From: a virus
Length of the DNA stretch: 64,000 nt
IMG/VR virus record: IMGVR_UViG_3300017971_007887
Location: 7,523 to 71,522 of that record
Reading direction: 5' to 3' (one strand)
Shown here: positions 28,002-38,085 of the stretch, piece after piece
Layout: each line of letters starts with the position of its first letter
Position numbering within the stretch: the stretch's first letter is position 1
The notes under the pieces: model-generated
What the model saw: the letters and a program-made list of their open reading frames with translations, nothing else
What the model was told of the DNA's origin: nothing
The model's database searches: none
Program-made: the position numbers and the translations under genes

Positions 28002-29080
28002 CGCCGCACCTCCAGGTTCAGTCGTTCCACGATCTCGTCGAACAACACACTGTCCTTGACAAGGCGCAGGCGCAGGTCCTCCCAACCCCCCTTGACCTTG
28101 CGAATCATCGGATCGAACCCATCCAACCGGGGCATGGAGATCCTCACATAATCCCCGCTCTGGATAGTGTGTTTGCGTTGCCGCAGTTCAGCAATACACT
28201 CCCTCACCAGGTCCAGTCCCTTGGGCATGTCACCCTTGCCGTTGCTGGTGAAGAACGAACCCTCCTCGAACGTGGTGCCGTCGATCTTGTTATTCTCCAC
28301 CTTGTAGAAGGACTGGACCCCGACCACCTGCTTCTTCTGCTCGACCTTCTTGCAGTGGGTCACCCTGACACGCAGGCAGTTGTCGTACTTGAGCGACTGG
28401 CCACCGGGCAGCGACCACGTCTTACGACTGAACTGGTCCAGGTTCTTACGTTCCTGCAGGACCAGTACCAGGGTGCTCATGGACTCGTCTAGCTTGATTA
28501 CGATCTCCTTCATCCAGGTGCTGATCCACAGGGCCTGAATCGGGAACATCTTGTCGATGCCCTCCTTCTCGACCTTCTCCACGATGTTCTTGGGCATCAG
28601 CTTGGTGATGGTATCCACGATCTCGAAGCAGCCGGCCCTTTTCAAGATCTGCTCGTCCTTCTTGCGCGACTTCTTCTTGGACATCAGCTTGCCGATCCTG
28701 TCGTTGATGTTGTCACGCATCCCATCCAGGTTGACGGGGTAGTCCAGCTTGGCCTTGGGCACAATGGACGAGTACCATTCCTTCTCTGCCGCCCTCTCGG
28801 TGTCCTGAATGGCCACCGAGTGAAGGTTGCCGTAAGCCGACAAACCCAGGGCCATCGCGAACACCGACTTGCCGACCTGGTTTGGCCCGTGCACGATCAT
28901 GATCTTACCGCGGGCCAGGCCGCCGATTCCAGACGCCCGGTTGTACCCGGTGAGCACAGTGGGGAAGTACTCGACCTCCTCCATGTCCTCCACACGCCTG
29001 ACACTGTCGTCCGATATGGCGGCCAGTACATCCACCACCGGCCACTCTGCCTTCTTGCGAGCTGCCTTCTTGCGAGCCAT
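27998..29080 (-). CDS. RecA/UvsX-like recombinase
   Basis: GIGGLARGKI..HGPNQVGKS, IVDT, QER, PGGQSLKY; start MARKKAARKKA after AGGAG. Confidence 0.85.
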   Translation of the reverse strand: MARKKAARKKAEWPVVDVLAAISDDSVRRVEDMEEVEYFPTVLTGYNRASGIGGLARGKIMIVHGPNQVGKSVFAMALGLSAYGNLHSVAIQDTERAAEKEWYSSIVPKAKLDYPVNLDGMRDNINDRIGKLMSKKKSRKKDEQILKRAGCFEIVDTITKLMPKNIVEKVEKEGIDKMFPIQALWISTWMKEIVIKLDESMSTLVLVLQERKNLDQFSRKTWSLPGGQSLKYDNCLRVRVTHCKKVEQKKQVVGVQSFYKVENNKIDGTTFEEGSFFTSNGKGDMPKGLDLVRECIAELRQRKHTIQSGDYVRISMPRLDGFDPMIRKVKGGWEDLRLRLVKDSVLFDEIVERLNLEVRR

Positions 29081-29095
29081 TCCGATCTCCTGTCG

Positions 29096-29185
29096 AAAAA
29101 GGGGCGGAACGCGCGCGGGAGGTGGGGACATGGTCAAGCCCCATCGAACGGTGTGGTCCGCCGTCCGAAACGCGCGCGCCCGCCC
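29096..29185 (-). promoter_or_regulatory. three-way-junction RNA ending in a U-tract (attenuator/terminator-like)
   Basis: GGGCGGGCGCGCGCG pairs with CGCGCGCGUUCCGCCC, encloses two hairpins, then UUUUU. Confidence 0.55.
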
Positions 29186-29190
29186 GAGTC

Positions 29191-30291
29191 CTAGAACGGT
29201 GTGTCCAAGTTCCCGTGGTTGCAGTTGGGACAGTACCCGAACCTGCTGGGCACCACCATCTCCCCGCAGCCCGGGCACTTGATCTTCTGCTTGTTGCCGG
29301 CGGCAGGCGCAGCACTGGCAGGTGGTGGTGCACTTCCCGGCTGCGTGGCTCCGCACTCAGGGCAGAACTTGCTGCCCGCCTGGATAGGCTTCTTACACTC
29401 CACGCACACTGGATCGCCCGCTGCGTCGGACGGGGGAAGGTTGTCCGGCACCTTCGGTTCCCTGGCAGGTTCCCGACCAGCCTGCTCGGACAGGCCGGCG
29501 AAATCCAGAAACATCTCGTAGGTGATCTTGCGGCTGCACCAGGTGGACCTCAAGGCGGCCAGTACGTCGCCCTTATTGGCCGGCTTCACCATGTCGTCCA
29601 GGTTGACCCCCAGGGCCTCCTCGTCAGCCTGCATGATCTCCTGGATTTCCTTGACCAGGGGAGCCAGCCGTTGGTCCGCGTAGTATGCCTGGTACTTGTT
29701 GGCAGGCTTCTCCTTCTCGTCATACACCAATTCGAACCCGTACGGCGTCTGCATGGGGTCACCCTTGGTCTCGCCGAAGTTCTCCTGCTGTCTGGCAATG
29801 ACCCGCTTGATTGCGCCGCCCAGGCCCGCAGTGATGGTCATCACCTGCACAGGGTTCTCACCCATGTGCTCCTCCGGGTTGGAGCTGATGAACCCGACCA
29901 CGTACTCCTGCCTGGCCTTCAGGTCAGTCTTCCAGCTACCCCTACCCGCGATCTCCCCCAAGGTGTAGCTCTGCGCCTCCCTGCCACCGTCCAGGATCGT
30001 CTCGTCGGGGTCGGCCCCATCCTGCAGGGCCTTGTCGGCGAAATCCATCAACAGGCAGATCGGGCACCCCCGGCCCACACAGTTGAACATACGGTTGCGA
30101 ATCTCGACCTTCCCGGCGTCATCACCACGGGCCTCCCATTCACCGGGAATCGCCCCGTGTCGCTGGCGCTGACGGAACCCCATCTTGGGGTGCAGAAAGC
30201 CTGTCAGGCGACCCGCCTTCTTCAGGTTTGCGTACTTGCCACGCTTGAAGCCTACATTGGACATGAACTCCCTTGTGTTGTGAACGCTCAT
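29191..30291 (-). CDS. single-stranded DNA-binding protein (gp32-like) with zinc-ribbon tail
   Basis: CVGRGCPIC, GDPM..PYGFELVYD, double zinc ribbons, ends LDTPF; adjacent to RecA. Confidence 0.6.
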   Translation of the reverse strand: MSVHNTREFMSNVGFKRGKYANLKKAGRLTGFLHPKMGFRQRQRHGAIPGEWEARGDDAGKVEIRNRMFNCVGRGCPICLLMDFADKALQDGADPDETILDGGREAQSYTLGEIAGRGSWKTDLKARQEYVVGFISSNPEEHMGENPVQVMTITAGLGGAIKRVIARQQENFGETKGDPMQTPYGFELVYDEKEKPANKYQAYYADQRLAPLVKEIQEIMQADEEALGVNLDDMVKPANKGDVLAALRSTWCSRKITYEMFLDFAGLSEQAGREPAREPKVPDNLPPSDAAGDPVCVECKKPIQAGSKFCPECGATQPGSAPPPASAAPAAGNKQKIKCPGCGEMVVPSRFGYCPNCNHGNLDTPF

Positions 30292-30488
30292 CTTCTACCT
30301 CCTCCTCTGCGAATGATTTGTTCTTCCTCTAACAACTTATTATCGACCCAGTCCTTGGCCCGGTCGTACGCATCGTCATAGGATTCGCCCTGCTTGACTA
30401 CCACCTCCAGCTCCAGATCGAGCCGCACCGACTCGTAGTTGCCGATGTTGATGGTCACACCCTTTCCGAATCTCACCTTGTTTGCCAT
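30288..30488 (-). CDS. small conserved phage protein
   Basis: TINIGNYESVRLD motif. Confidence 0.65.
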   Translation of the reverse strand: MANKVRFGKGVTINIGNYESVRLDLELEVVVKQGESYDDAYDRAKDWVDNKLLEEEQIIRRGGGRR

Positions 30489-30502
30489 GTTCACTCCTCC
30501 TG

Positions 30503-30517
30503 TTAAACACCGTTTAA
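30503..30517. promoter_or_regulatory. palindrome copy 3
   Basis: TTAAACACCGTTTAA; overlaps a stop codon and abuts the SD. Confidence 0.8.
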
Positions 30518-30750
30518 GATTTCCTGGACTCCTCGTATTCGTCCAGCTTCCTCTCCAGCTCGTACACCGCGCCCACCGCCCCCTCCACCGAGTCACCCAC
30601 ATGATCACCGTACGCCTTCACCTCCCACGACAGAACGCCCTTCGCGTCCCGCTTCACCGTTACAGATGACTGCGACCGGTGCTGCACAATCTCCAGGTCT
30701 CCGTTTTTGGACATATTCCCCTCCTCTTTATCAGCCTTCTTCCTCATCAC
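30514..30750 (-). CDS. small hypothetical protein
   Basis: SSVTVKRDAKG..SWEVKAY; start is either MRKKAD or MSKNG. Confidence 0.55.
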   Translation of the reverse strand: MMRKKADKEEGNMSKNGDLEIVQHRSQSSVTVKRDAKGVLSWEVKAYGDHVGDSVEGAVGAVYELERKLDEYEESRKS

Positions 30751-31400
30751 GAACCTCCGCCCAGCACCACCTCGCGCTGGGATGTAAGCAGACGCGCCTG
30801 CGTCTGTAGCGTTCCCTTTCGGTTGCTCCACTCCTCCGCCAGCACCTTCAGGTTGCCGACAATCTCCCGGTACCGCTCCTGCTCCTCCACCAGGGCAGTC
30901 AGCTCCTTGCGCATAGAGTCGTTGGAGGCAATCTCCTCCTCCACCATGTCCTTGGTAATCTGCTTCTTCTTGACGTTGTGAGCCTCCATCCACCACTCAA
31001 TCTGCTGGGTCGCCCGCTTGGTCAGGTCGCGTTTGCGCCGGTTGAACTCTATGCGGAACAGCTCACGTTCCTTCCTGGCCTTCAGGTATATACGGGTGGC
31101 CAGCACACTACACTCGGACGCCTCGTTGATTGCCTCACTCAGCAGCATCCGGTCCCGTAGGTCCTTCTTGTCCAGCTTACCCACGGTCTTCAACCGGTCG
31201 TAGGTCGCCTGGATATCGATATTGAACTCGCGCCGGAAGAACTGCATCGAATTCATGAACGACTTGGTATCAGCTCGCGCCCTCACGGCTTCATCCCCAG
31301 TTTTTTCATCGCCCGTCGCATCTTGCGAAGCATGGGCTTGGGGGTCTTTGTCGGCGCACATCGTCGCATACGGATTCGGTGAGAACACTCTTTTTTCCAA
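30747..31400 (-). CDS. UvsY-like helical recombination mediator (tentative)
   Basis: All-helical, KQITKDMVEEEI; lies between the polymerase and SSB/RecA. Confidence 0.45.
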   Translation of the reverse strand: MEKRVFSPNPYATMCADKDPQAHASQDATGDEKTGDEAVRARADTKSFMNSMQFFRREFNIDIQATYDRLKTVGKLDKKDLRDRMLLSEAINEASECSVLATRIYLKARKERELFRIEFNRRKRDLTKRATQQIEWWMEAHNVKKKQITKDMVEEEIASNDSMRKELTALVEEQERYREIVGNLKVLAEEWSNRKGTLQTQARLLTSQREVVLGGGS

Positions 31401-31403
31401 GAT

Positions 31404-34016
31404 TCAACGCTCATCGTCCCACTCCTCTTTACCATAGTAGCACCTGTGTCCGACAGTCTGTTCCACCGCCTTCACCATGGCCGGCGTCAGCGCCACCTTC
31501 ATACCGGTGATGACAGACGTGGTCTCCTCCAGCTCGTTCATGTGAGGTACCTTGGGCTCAATCACAATGTCTAGCACCAGCGGGTGCTCACCGAGATGAC
31601 CGGCCAGTGCCTTCTTGATGTCAGCCAACTTGCCCTGGTCCTCCCTCTGCAGGGTCAGGGTCACCTTGTCGGCTCGCTTGGCGGCGAACAGCCCCTCCTG
31701 CTTGGAATTTCCCGCCTGGTACTTCAGCATGGCCTTCCAGGGTACCTGGGGAAACGCCGCGTCCAGCACCAACTGAGACGCTGGGAACACCGGTCCGGTC
31801 CAGTACAGTTCCGCGTCGTAGTTACCGTCGAAATCGTCGGCGTGAATGGCCACCTGGTGGCTACTCTTGGCGGTCTTCTCCGTGCCAATCAGAACGTACG
31901 GCACCTTCATACCGACATAAAACTCTTTCCCGTCCTTTATCATCTGCTCGGCCACCCTCACCTGGGGCTGTTTGGTCTCGTACAGATCCGGGCGCTTGTT
32001 CACCGCCTTGGTGATTGTCAGATCCGCAGGATCCGCATGTCCGCCGAACAGCAAGTCGCGCCACCTGACCACTATCTCCCGAGCCCCCTCCACGGTCGGG
32101 TCGGCGTCCTCCATCAGGTAGTCGATGATCTCCTTCTGCATCTTCTGCCGTATCGGACAGCCGTCGGTACGGATATACGCCAACCCCTTCACGTCTAGCT
32201 TTCCGGTGACCTTCATCCCGGCGTAATTCTTCTTGGACACGAACACAATCCGGGTATACTCCGCGTCCAACTCCAACCGGATGAACCCGGGCTCGCCGCC
32301 CCTCTCCGACACCCAGGCGTCTATCACGGCCGCCATCTCCTCCGCGAACGCCAGGGCGGTGTCCCGGTCGCACAACACATACACCGAGTCGGTATCCCCG
32401 TACAGAACCTTGATGCCCCGCTTCTCGGCCTCGGCGATCACAAGCTGGATGATCTGCTTGGACGTGACCGTCACCGCCTCGCCGCACTCCCGGCTGTAGT
32501 ACCGGTGGTCCGGCGAGGACAGGATGCCGAACCCGCTGTTGCCGATCACTTTGTTTGCGTCCGACCTCTGTTTGGCCCGTCGGTACTCCGCGGTCCCCTC
32601 TTTGGACTGCTCCTCAAGCTCGATGGCCCGCTGTTTGAACCGGCGCCGGTTATACATCGAGTCGGACACCATCGACGGGAACACCCCCTCCTCGTCCAAC
32701 CTAAACACCGCCCCGTTCCCGGCAACACACGTCGGAATAGCAGAGGGCTTCTCCGCTCCCAACCCCACGTACGTCTCCGGGCTGATGTTGAACGACCGGA
32801 TTACGTTCGGATACAGCGACGCGAAGTCCAGGCAGCAGACGCCCTTGTGCAGTCCGGTCACTGGCTCCTTCACGTACGCCCCCTCGATCTTCCCGTCATC
32901 AACGAACGGGTTCTCTTTGCCGTAGAAATGGAACTTGGTAGGGAACCGTTTTCCGGTTGTCGCGCCCTTACGCAGGATGTACGCATCGTTCAGGTACCCG
33001 GTGCGCAGGCTGAAGTCCGACAGGAACCGGTTGCACAGGTGGCTCAAGGTCTTCAGTCCGTCCACGTACCCGAACTTCTGCTCCAGCCTGACCATGATCT
33101 GCACGTCCCGGCTGTTGTACTGCTTGAGTAACACCTGATCCTTCTGCCACGCCTGGTACACCGCCTGGGCGGGATGGCTTCCCACCATCCCATGTCGCTT
33201 CTGCATCTCCTTGACCAGGTCCAGCTTGGGCATATCCACCAGGGCCGAACCAACCACGTCCAAGGCAAACGTGAGCTTCACCCCGGTGGCCTCCGTGTCC
33301 CTGCCATACCCGAAGTAGGGATGCCGGAACAGCTCCAACATATCCAGGAAGTTGACCATCTGCCAGCGCGGCCAGATCCTGTTGTGTTTGAACCTGGCCT
33401 TGAGCACCGGCTCGTCGTACTCGCTCCCATTCCACGCCACCAACACGTCGTGATTGGCCACCACCTCCCCGAACCGATGCAGCAACTCCTGCTCCCCGGC
33501 GTCGTCGTCGCTCCTGGCCACGATAGTATCCCCAGGATGGCAATCCTGCGACCAGTAGCTGACCGACAGGATCCTGTGCTCCTCGGAGTGACTCCAGCCC
33601 AACCGGGCATCGGTCTCCAGATCGAAGAACAGCACCTTCGGGTCCTCGCTGAACTTCACCGGTCGGTCGGTCAGGAACCTGGAGATGGGCGGCAGGTCGG
33701 CCTCCAGGGGCTCCACCCCCTTGTTGCGCATCCAGTCCACCAGGCTCCTCAGGTCGTTGCGACTGCCCACCGGATACAGCCTGACGTACCCATCACTCGA
33801 CTTCACGTCCAAAAGCTGCGAGTCCAGTTCCCGGCAACGGATCTGCCTGTACTCGTCATCGGTGAGGTAGAAATAGTTCCGGAACGGGTGTTGCTCGATC
33901 AGCTTGCGCTCGCCCTCCCAATAGGACAGGCATATGTTGCCCTGCTTGTAGTCGAACCACCCGGCGGTGTAGCCGTCCGCCCGGGTGGCCTTCTTAGGCG
34001 CACGCTTCCTGGCCAT
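31404..34016 (-). CDS. family B DNA polymerase with 3'-5' exonuclease
   Basis: FDLET, WNGSEYD, YNSRDV; DFASLYP, KVIGNSGFG, YGDTDS, KKNY; C-terminal QEGLF. Confidence 0.95.
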   Translation of the reverse strand: MARKRAPKKATRADGYTAGWFDYKQGNICLSYWEGERKLIEQHPFRNYFYLTDDEYRQIRCRELDSQLLDVKSSDGYVRLYPVGSRNDLRSLVDWMRNKGVEPLEADLPPISRFLTDRPVKFSEDPKVLFFDLETDARLGWSHSEEHRILSVSYWSQDCHPGDTIVARSDDDAGEQELLHRFGEVVANHDVLVAWNGSEYDEPVLKARFKHNRIWPRWQMVNFLDMLELFRHPYFGYGRDTEATGVKLTFALDVVGSALVDMPKLDLVKEMQKRHGMVGSHPAQAVYQAWQKDQVLLKQYNSRDVQIMVRLEQKFGYVDGLKTLSHLCNRFLSDFSLRTGYLNDAYILRKGATTGKRFPTKFHFYGKENPFVDDGKIEGAYVKEPVTGLHKGVCCLDFASLYPNVIRSFNISPETYVGLGAEKPSAIPTCVAGNGAVFRLDEEGVFPSMVSDSMYNRRRFKQRAIELEEQSKEGTAEYRRAKQRSDANKVIGNSGFGILSSPDHRYYSRECGEAVTVTSKQIIQLVIAEAEKRGIKVLYGDTDSVYVLCDRDTALAFAEEMAAVIDAWVSERGGEPGFIRLELDAEYTRIVFVSKKNYAGMKVTGKLDVKGLAYIRTDGCPIRQKMQKEIIDYLMEDADPTVEGAREIVVRWRDLLFGGHADPADLTITKAVNKRPDLYETKQPQVRVAEQMIKDGKEFYVGMKVPYVLIGTEKTAKSSHQVAIHADDFDGNYDAELYWTGPVFPASQLVLDAAFPQVPWKAMLKYQAGNSKQEGLFAAKRADKVTLTLQREDQGKLADIKKALAGHLGEHPLVLDIVIEPKVPHMNELEETTSVITGMKVALTPAMVKAVEQTVGHRCYYGKEEWDDER

Positions 34017-34047
34017 GTTTCACTCCGGAATGAGAACGAGGGATTTC

Positions 34048-34102
34048 AGGGGGACAGGCTCCCTCGGGCCTGCCTCTACGTGACACCATTGCCACACCCC
34101 CT
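34048..34102 (-). promoter_or_regulatory. three-way-junction leader upstream of the polymerase
   Basis: AGGGG/CCCCU encloses GUGGCA-AUGG-UGUCAC and GGCAGGC-N8-GCCUGUC. Confidence 0.45.
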
Positions 34103-34109
34103 ACTCAAC

Positions 34110-35144
34110 TCACTCACTGGCGAACTGGCAAAACTCCAGGGTGGCCTTGTCGCCACTGATCTCGATCTCGACCCATACGCGGTTCTCCTTGGGAACCTCC
34201 TTGTCATCCAGGCACACGTAGTACTGGGCACCCTCCTTCTTGCCACTCTTCTTCTTGTGTACCATGAATGACAGCTTGGACTTGCGGGGACGGCCCCGGC
34301 CATCTCCGTTGTCATCCTCACCGGCCACCTTCTCCCGGGCATCGTTCAACACCTTGGTCAGAGCGTCCCGGTCCAGGCCCTTGCCACCCTCGCTCTTGGG
34401 CAGCGCGGCCTTGAGCAGCTTGGGGCGCTCCTTGTCGGGCACCTTGACGATGGTCCGGCCGAGCAGGTCCAGCTTGAACACCGATAGTTTGGCGGCCTCC
34501 TCCTCGTCGAACCGCTCGGCGATCCGCACGTACATGTACGCAGTGGGACGCTTCATGGAAAGCTCCTTGTCCAGGAACGCATCCATGTCCTTGTACTTCA
34601 TCTCACGCCACTGCTCGGTCTCGCTGATCTCCACCAGATGTTGACCGATCCTCCACGCCGCCGCTCCCGTGCTGGCATCCAGACGGCGGATCTCCTCCAC
34701 CCTGTCCGTCAACGGTACCGCCGACTTTTCCGGCTCAGGCTCCTTCTTGGCAACCGCCGTTGTCTTGGTGGTGTTGGTCTTCTTGCCGGGCTTGCCAGGT
34801 TTGTCCTTGCCCTTCTTTTTGTCGGCGGTCTTGCTCTCGCCGGTGCGGTCGATGGTGTTCACCTTCTTCTTGTCACTACCACCGAACAATTTGTCGTACC
34901 CGCCGTCGCTGTTCTCGGAGCAGTCCCAGCCGCAGCGCCAGCAGTACTTGTCATCATCGCCAACGTACGTCGGCTCAGTGGGGAACTTGCAACCTCCCTC
35001 CTCCGGGTCGCACACATACTCCTGCTCCCCGACCTCTCCCCGGATGATCCGCTCCAGCGCCTTGTCGGTGACGCCCTCCGGTACTTCGATCCCCTTGTCC
35101 GCCGCGTACTGCAGCGCTACTTCCCGTCTGAATTTACCTGCCAT
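34110..35144 (-). CDS. DUF3102-like helical DNA-binding protein
   Basis: AWRIGQHLVEI...W...Y..MDAFL...TAYMYVRIA; Lys-rich linker. Confidence 0.5.
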   Translation of the reverse strand: MAGKFRREVALQYAADKGIEVPEGVTDKALERIIRGEVGEQEYVCDPEEGGCKFPTEPTYVGDDDKYCWRCGWDCSENSDGGYDKLFGGSDKKKVNTIDRTGESKTADKKKGKDKPGKPGKKTNTTKTTAVAKKEPEPEKSAVPLTDRVEEIRRLDASTGAAAWRIGQHLVEISETEQWREMKYKDMDAFLDKELSMKRPTAYMYVRIAERFDEEEAAKLSVFKLDLLGRTIVKVPDKERPKLLKAALPKSEGGKGLDRDALTKVLNDAREKVAGEDDNGDGRGRPRKSKLSFMVHKKKSGKKEGAQYYVCLDDKEVPKENRVWVEIEISGDKATLEFCQFASE

Positions 35145-36079
35145 GATCCGCCTCCTGTCTGAAAAAGTGTAACCAATTCGGCCGGCCGGAATTCGGCCGG
35201 GTCCATGCCCTTCGGCAACCTCACGATCTCAACTCTCTTTCCAGTGAACCACGCCCTGGCCTCCGTGGCCATGACGCTCCCCGCGACATCCCCCTCCCGC
35301 CAAACAAAGATGGTATCCGCCCACGACAGCTCGGACACCTGCTGCTCCGTGATCTTGCTTCCTCTGATCGCCACCGGATTGGGCAGGCCAGTCTGCCACA
35401 CCCGCAAGGCGTCCGCCCAGCCCTCCACCAAGTTGACAACCCGCTTTGACCGGTCTGCCTGATCCAACCCGAACAAGCCCCACTCCGAACCCGCGGTGTT
35501 CCCCTTGGGCGTGAGCACCTTCGGGTCGCTGTCCGAATACGACCTGGCATCCCACGCGATAAGCAACCCCTGTCGCCTGACCGGCACCCACAACCTTCCC
35601 CTCCACACCCAGTCCATCAGGCCGAACGTCCTGATCTCCTCGGCCCCGAAGCCACGGTCTGACATGTACCTCACGCACGGTGAACCTGCCTGTATGGGCT
35701 GCAATCCAATCGGTTCTCGAATTCCTGGTGGTTCGTACTGCCTGAACGTCATGTTGTATACAACATCCTCATCCTCGATGTAAACACTTTTTTTTGAGGA
35801 CCCCTTCACGAACTCCAGGGCCTCCTGGAACTCACATCCGCGGACTGTCATCACCAGATCGTACACACTGCCGCCCCAGTGACAAGAGAAGCAGTAGAAC
35901 AACCCGCTCCTATCACCGTCGTCGGCGCGAATGCCCCACGACGGATTGCTGTCGGCATGCCTGCCCGACATGCACCTGGCCACTAGTTCACCACCCCTGC
36001 GCTTGAACTGGATCTCCAGCCTGGTCAGCAGGTGCTCAACATCGACAGCTCGGCGTATCTGGTTCAGGGTTGTTGTCAC
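35117..36079 (-). CDS. DNA primase (zinc finger + TOPRIM)
   Basis: CMSGRHAD.NPS..FYCFSC, LVEGWADAL, EGDVAG, LPKGMDP. Confidence 0.9.
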   Translation of the reverse strand: MTTTLNQIRRAVDVEHLLTRLEIQFKRRGGELVARCMSGRHADSNPSWGIRADDGDRSGLFYCFSCHWGGSVYDLVMTVRGCEFQEALEFVKGSSKKSVYIEDEDVVYNMTFRQYEPPGIREPIGLQPIQAGSPCVRYMSDRGFGAEEIRTFGLMDWVWRGRLWVPVRRQGLLIAWDARSYSDSDPKVLTPKGNTAGSEWGLFGLDQADRSKRVVNLVEGWADALRVWQTGLPNPVAIRGSKITEQQVSELSWADTIFVWREGDVAGSVMATEARAWFTGKRVEIVRLPKGMDPAEFRPAELVTLFQTGGGSWQVNSDGK

Positions 36080-36705
36080 GGAAGTATCTTCACGTACTTT
36101 GCCCAGGCCACGAACAGGTTGAACCTTTCCTGACAACGTTTGTCCCCGGCTACCATCTCCCGCTCGTGGTACTCCAGATTATCGGAGCAGACCGAGATTC
36201 TCCTGTTAGCAAACTCCTCTGGTGACGTATCAGGAGCCGGGTACACCGGCGGTGTCGGCAGTACGAACTCGTTTTCGACCATCTCCAACTGCTCGACTGC
36301 GAACTTCAAAAAATTACGGAACTCCTCATCACGGGTCTTCTTGCGCCACTCCCGTAGAGTCTCCAGTGACTGTTGATATGCATCTATCTTGGGAACAAGC
36401 TCCGCCTTCCGCCGATCATATTCATCCCGGTTGGCACTACACTCGTTTTGGATCTCCTGGATCCACTGTTCCTCCGTCCTGCTCTTGAGTTCTTCCAACT
36501 CGGCGCGGTACTCATCGACGCGTTCCCGGTGGTAACTGTCTTTCTGCTCCTTCACCAACAGCTCGCGGATCTGGTCCTCTGTGAGATCCCACGGCTCCTC
36601 CCGCAGCATCACGAGCATTCCAAAATTACGCGACAGACACTCAACCAGCCACCTCTTCAGATCCCAATTCATCTCCTCCAGCTTTGCTGTATACCCAGTC
36701 GGCAT
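36076..36705 (-). CDS. conserved phage hypothetical protein
   Basis: MPTGYTA start; helical; lower GC. Confidence 0.65.
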   Translation of the reverse strand: MPTGYTAKLEEMNWDLKRWLVECLSRNFGMLVMLREEPWDLTEDQIRELLVKEQKDSYHRERVDEYRAELEELKSRTEEQWIQEIQNECSANRDEYDRRKAELVPKIDAYQQSLETLREWRKKTRDEEFRNFLKFAVEQLEMVENEFVLPTPPVYPAPDTSPEEFANRRISVCSDNLEYHEREMVAGDKRCQERFNLFVAWAKYVKILP

Positions 36706-36720
36706 TTTTCCACCTCCAGT

Positions 36721-38085
36721 TTAGAATGGTCTATCGTCAGGGGGAACAAACGAAGCTGCCTGCTCCACGTCCCCTATCTTGTCCCGGACCAGTCGGAACA
36801 CCCACGGCTCAAAGTCGGCCATCATGGTGATCCCGGCCTCCCCCACTCGCTGCTTCTCCATGCCCACTTCCACCACGTCGTCCCGCAGGTGCTTGGTGTA
36901 CATCCGCTCCCGGTGCATCAGCCAGATCACGTCGGCCACCTCCTCGTACATACCCGCGTCCTTCAGATCCCCCAGCACCGGCCGGCGGGTCCTGTCCTTG
37001 CTGCGGTCCTCCGCCTTGCGGCTCAATTGGGACAGCAGGATCCCGTGTACTTCGTACCGCTTCAGTATCGACTGTACACGCATCAACGCCCCGTTGATCC
37101 TTTGGGCCGACCAGTCCACCAGCATCCGCTGGAACAGATCCATCGCCAGGATGTCGTAGCCCCCGTCCGCCAGAATCTCCTCCAGGCGTTCCAGGGCGCT
37201 GTCGTTGGTCCACTTGCCGCCCAGGTCCACAAACGGGTTGTCCATGACCTCCAACCGATCATCCGTCCCGGCAATCTTCTTGGCCACCTTCTGGATCCTC
37301 TCCCTCTCCTCCAGGGACAGCTTATCGGGTGTCTTGATGATCCTGCTAGACTCAATCCCGGTGGAACACGACACCAGCATGTCCAGGAATCGCACCCTGC
37401 CGGACTCGAGAGGCAGCACCAGAATCCGGGGCTTCTTCCTGCGCTCCAGCTGCCGGCGCACCAGGTCCACCAGCAGGGTGGACTTGCCAGCCCCCGGTCT
37501 GCCAGCGATCACGGTTATCCTACGAGGCGCCAGTCCCTCCACCAGGTGGCGGTCGATGGACGCGAACCCAGTAGGGACGAACGGCACGTCCCCATCACAC
37601 CTGGCCTGGAACTCCTGGAGCCACTGATCAGCGGTGCCGTGGATCCCAGACCTGGCGGACACATTGCGAAGCTCCTTCAGCAGGGTGCTGGCCGCGTCTA
37701 TGCACTCGACGTGAGGCCTACCCCTGTCCTCCAGGCACTCCTGCACCTCCGGCAGCAGCTTCACCGCCCTGCGGCGGGAGGACTCCCGCTTCAGGCGCTC
37801 CAGGTATTTCTCGAACCCGTCCGCTATGCCCATGGACAGTAGCTTGTCCACGTAGTCCAGGCCGCCGAACTCCTCCTCCTCGCAGTGCACCGCGATGTTT
37901 GCCTTGTCGGGCTTGACCCCGTTCAGCTCGCACGCGCACACCGACTCGAACAGGATCCTGTGTTTGGACCCCTGGAAGTCCTCCTTGTGTAGAGAGCCGA
38001 TGGCGCGCCGTCTGCACTTGGGGCAGTTGATCATGCTGGACAGGACAACCTGCTCGTTGACAACGTCGAAAGGCGCTCTAGGCAT
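36721..38085 (-). CDS. dnaB: DnaB-like replicative helicase
   Basis: PTGFASID, IAGRPGAGKS, LSQLSR, RPVLGDLKDAG..EEVAD, KQRVG. Confidence 0.92.
   Translation of the reverse strand: MPRAPFDVVNEQVVLSSMINCPKCRRRAIGSLHKEDFQGSKHRILFESVCACELNGVKPDKANIAVHCEEEEFGGLDYVDKLLSMGIADGFEKYLERLKRESSRRRAVKLLPEVQECLEDRGRPHVECIDAASTLLKELRNVSARSGIHGTADQWLQEFQARCDGDVPFVPTGFASIDRHLVEGLAPRRITVIAGRPGAGKSTLLVDLVRRQLERRKKPRILVLPLESGRVRFLDMLVSCSTGIESSRIIKTPDKLSLEERERIQKVAKKIAGTDDRLEVMDNPFVDLGGKWTNDSALERLEEILADGGYDILAMDLFQRMLVDWSAQRINGALMRVQSILKRYEVHGILLSQLSRKAEDRSKDRTRRPVLGDLKDAGMYEEVADVIWLMHRERMYTKHLRDDVVEVGMEKQRVGEAGITMMADFEPWVFRLVRDKIGDVEQAASFVPPDDRPF

Noticed and set aside
16637-34016. MARK tag as a mobile DNA repeat or translation enhancer
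   Set aside because: Nucleotide sequences differ at synonymous positions, and the upstream regions are unrelated.
34030-34105. Hammerhead ribozyme
   Set aside because: A three-way junction and GAAA are present, but there is no CUGANGA core.
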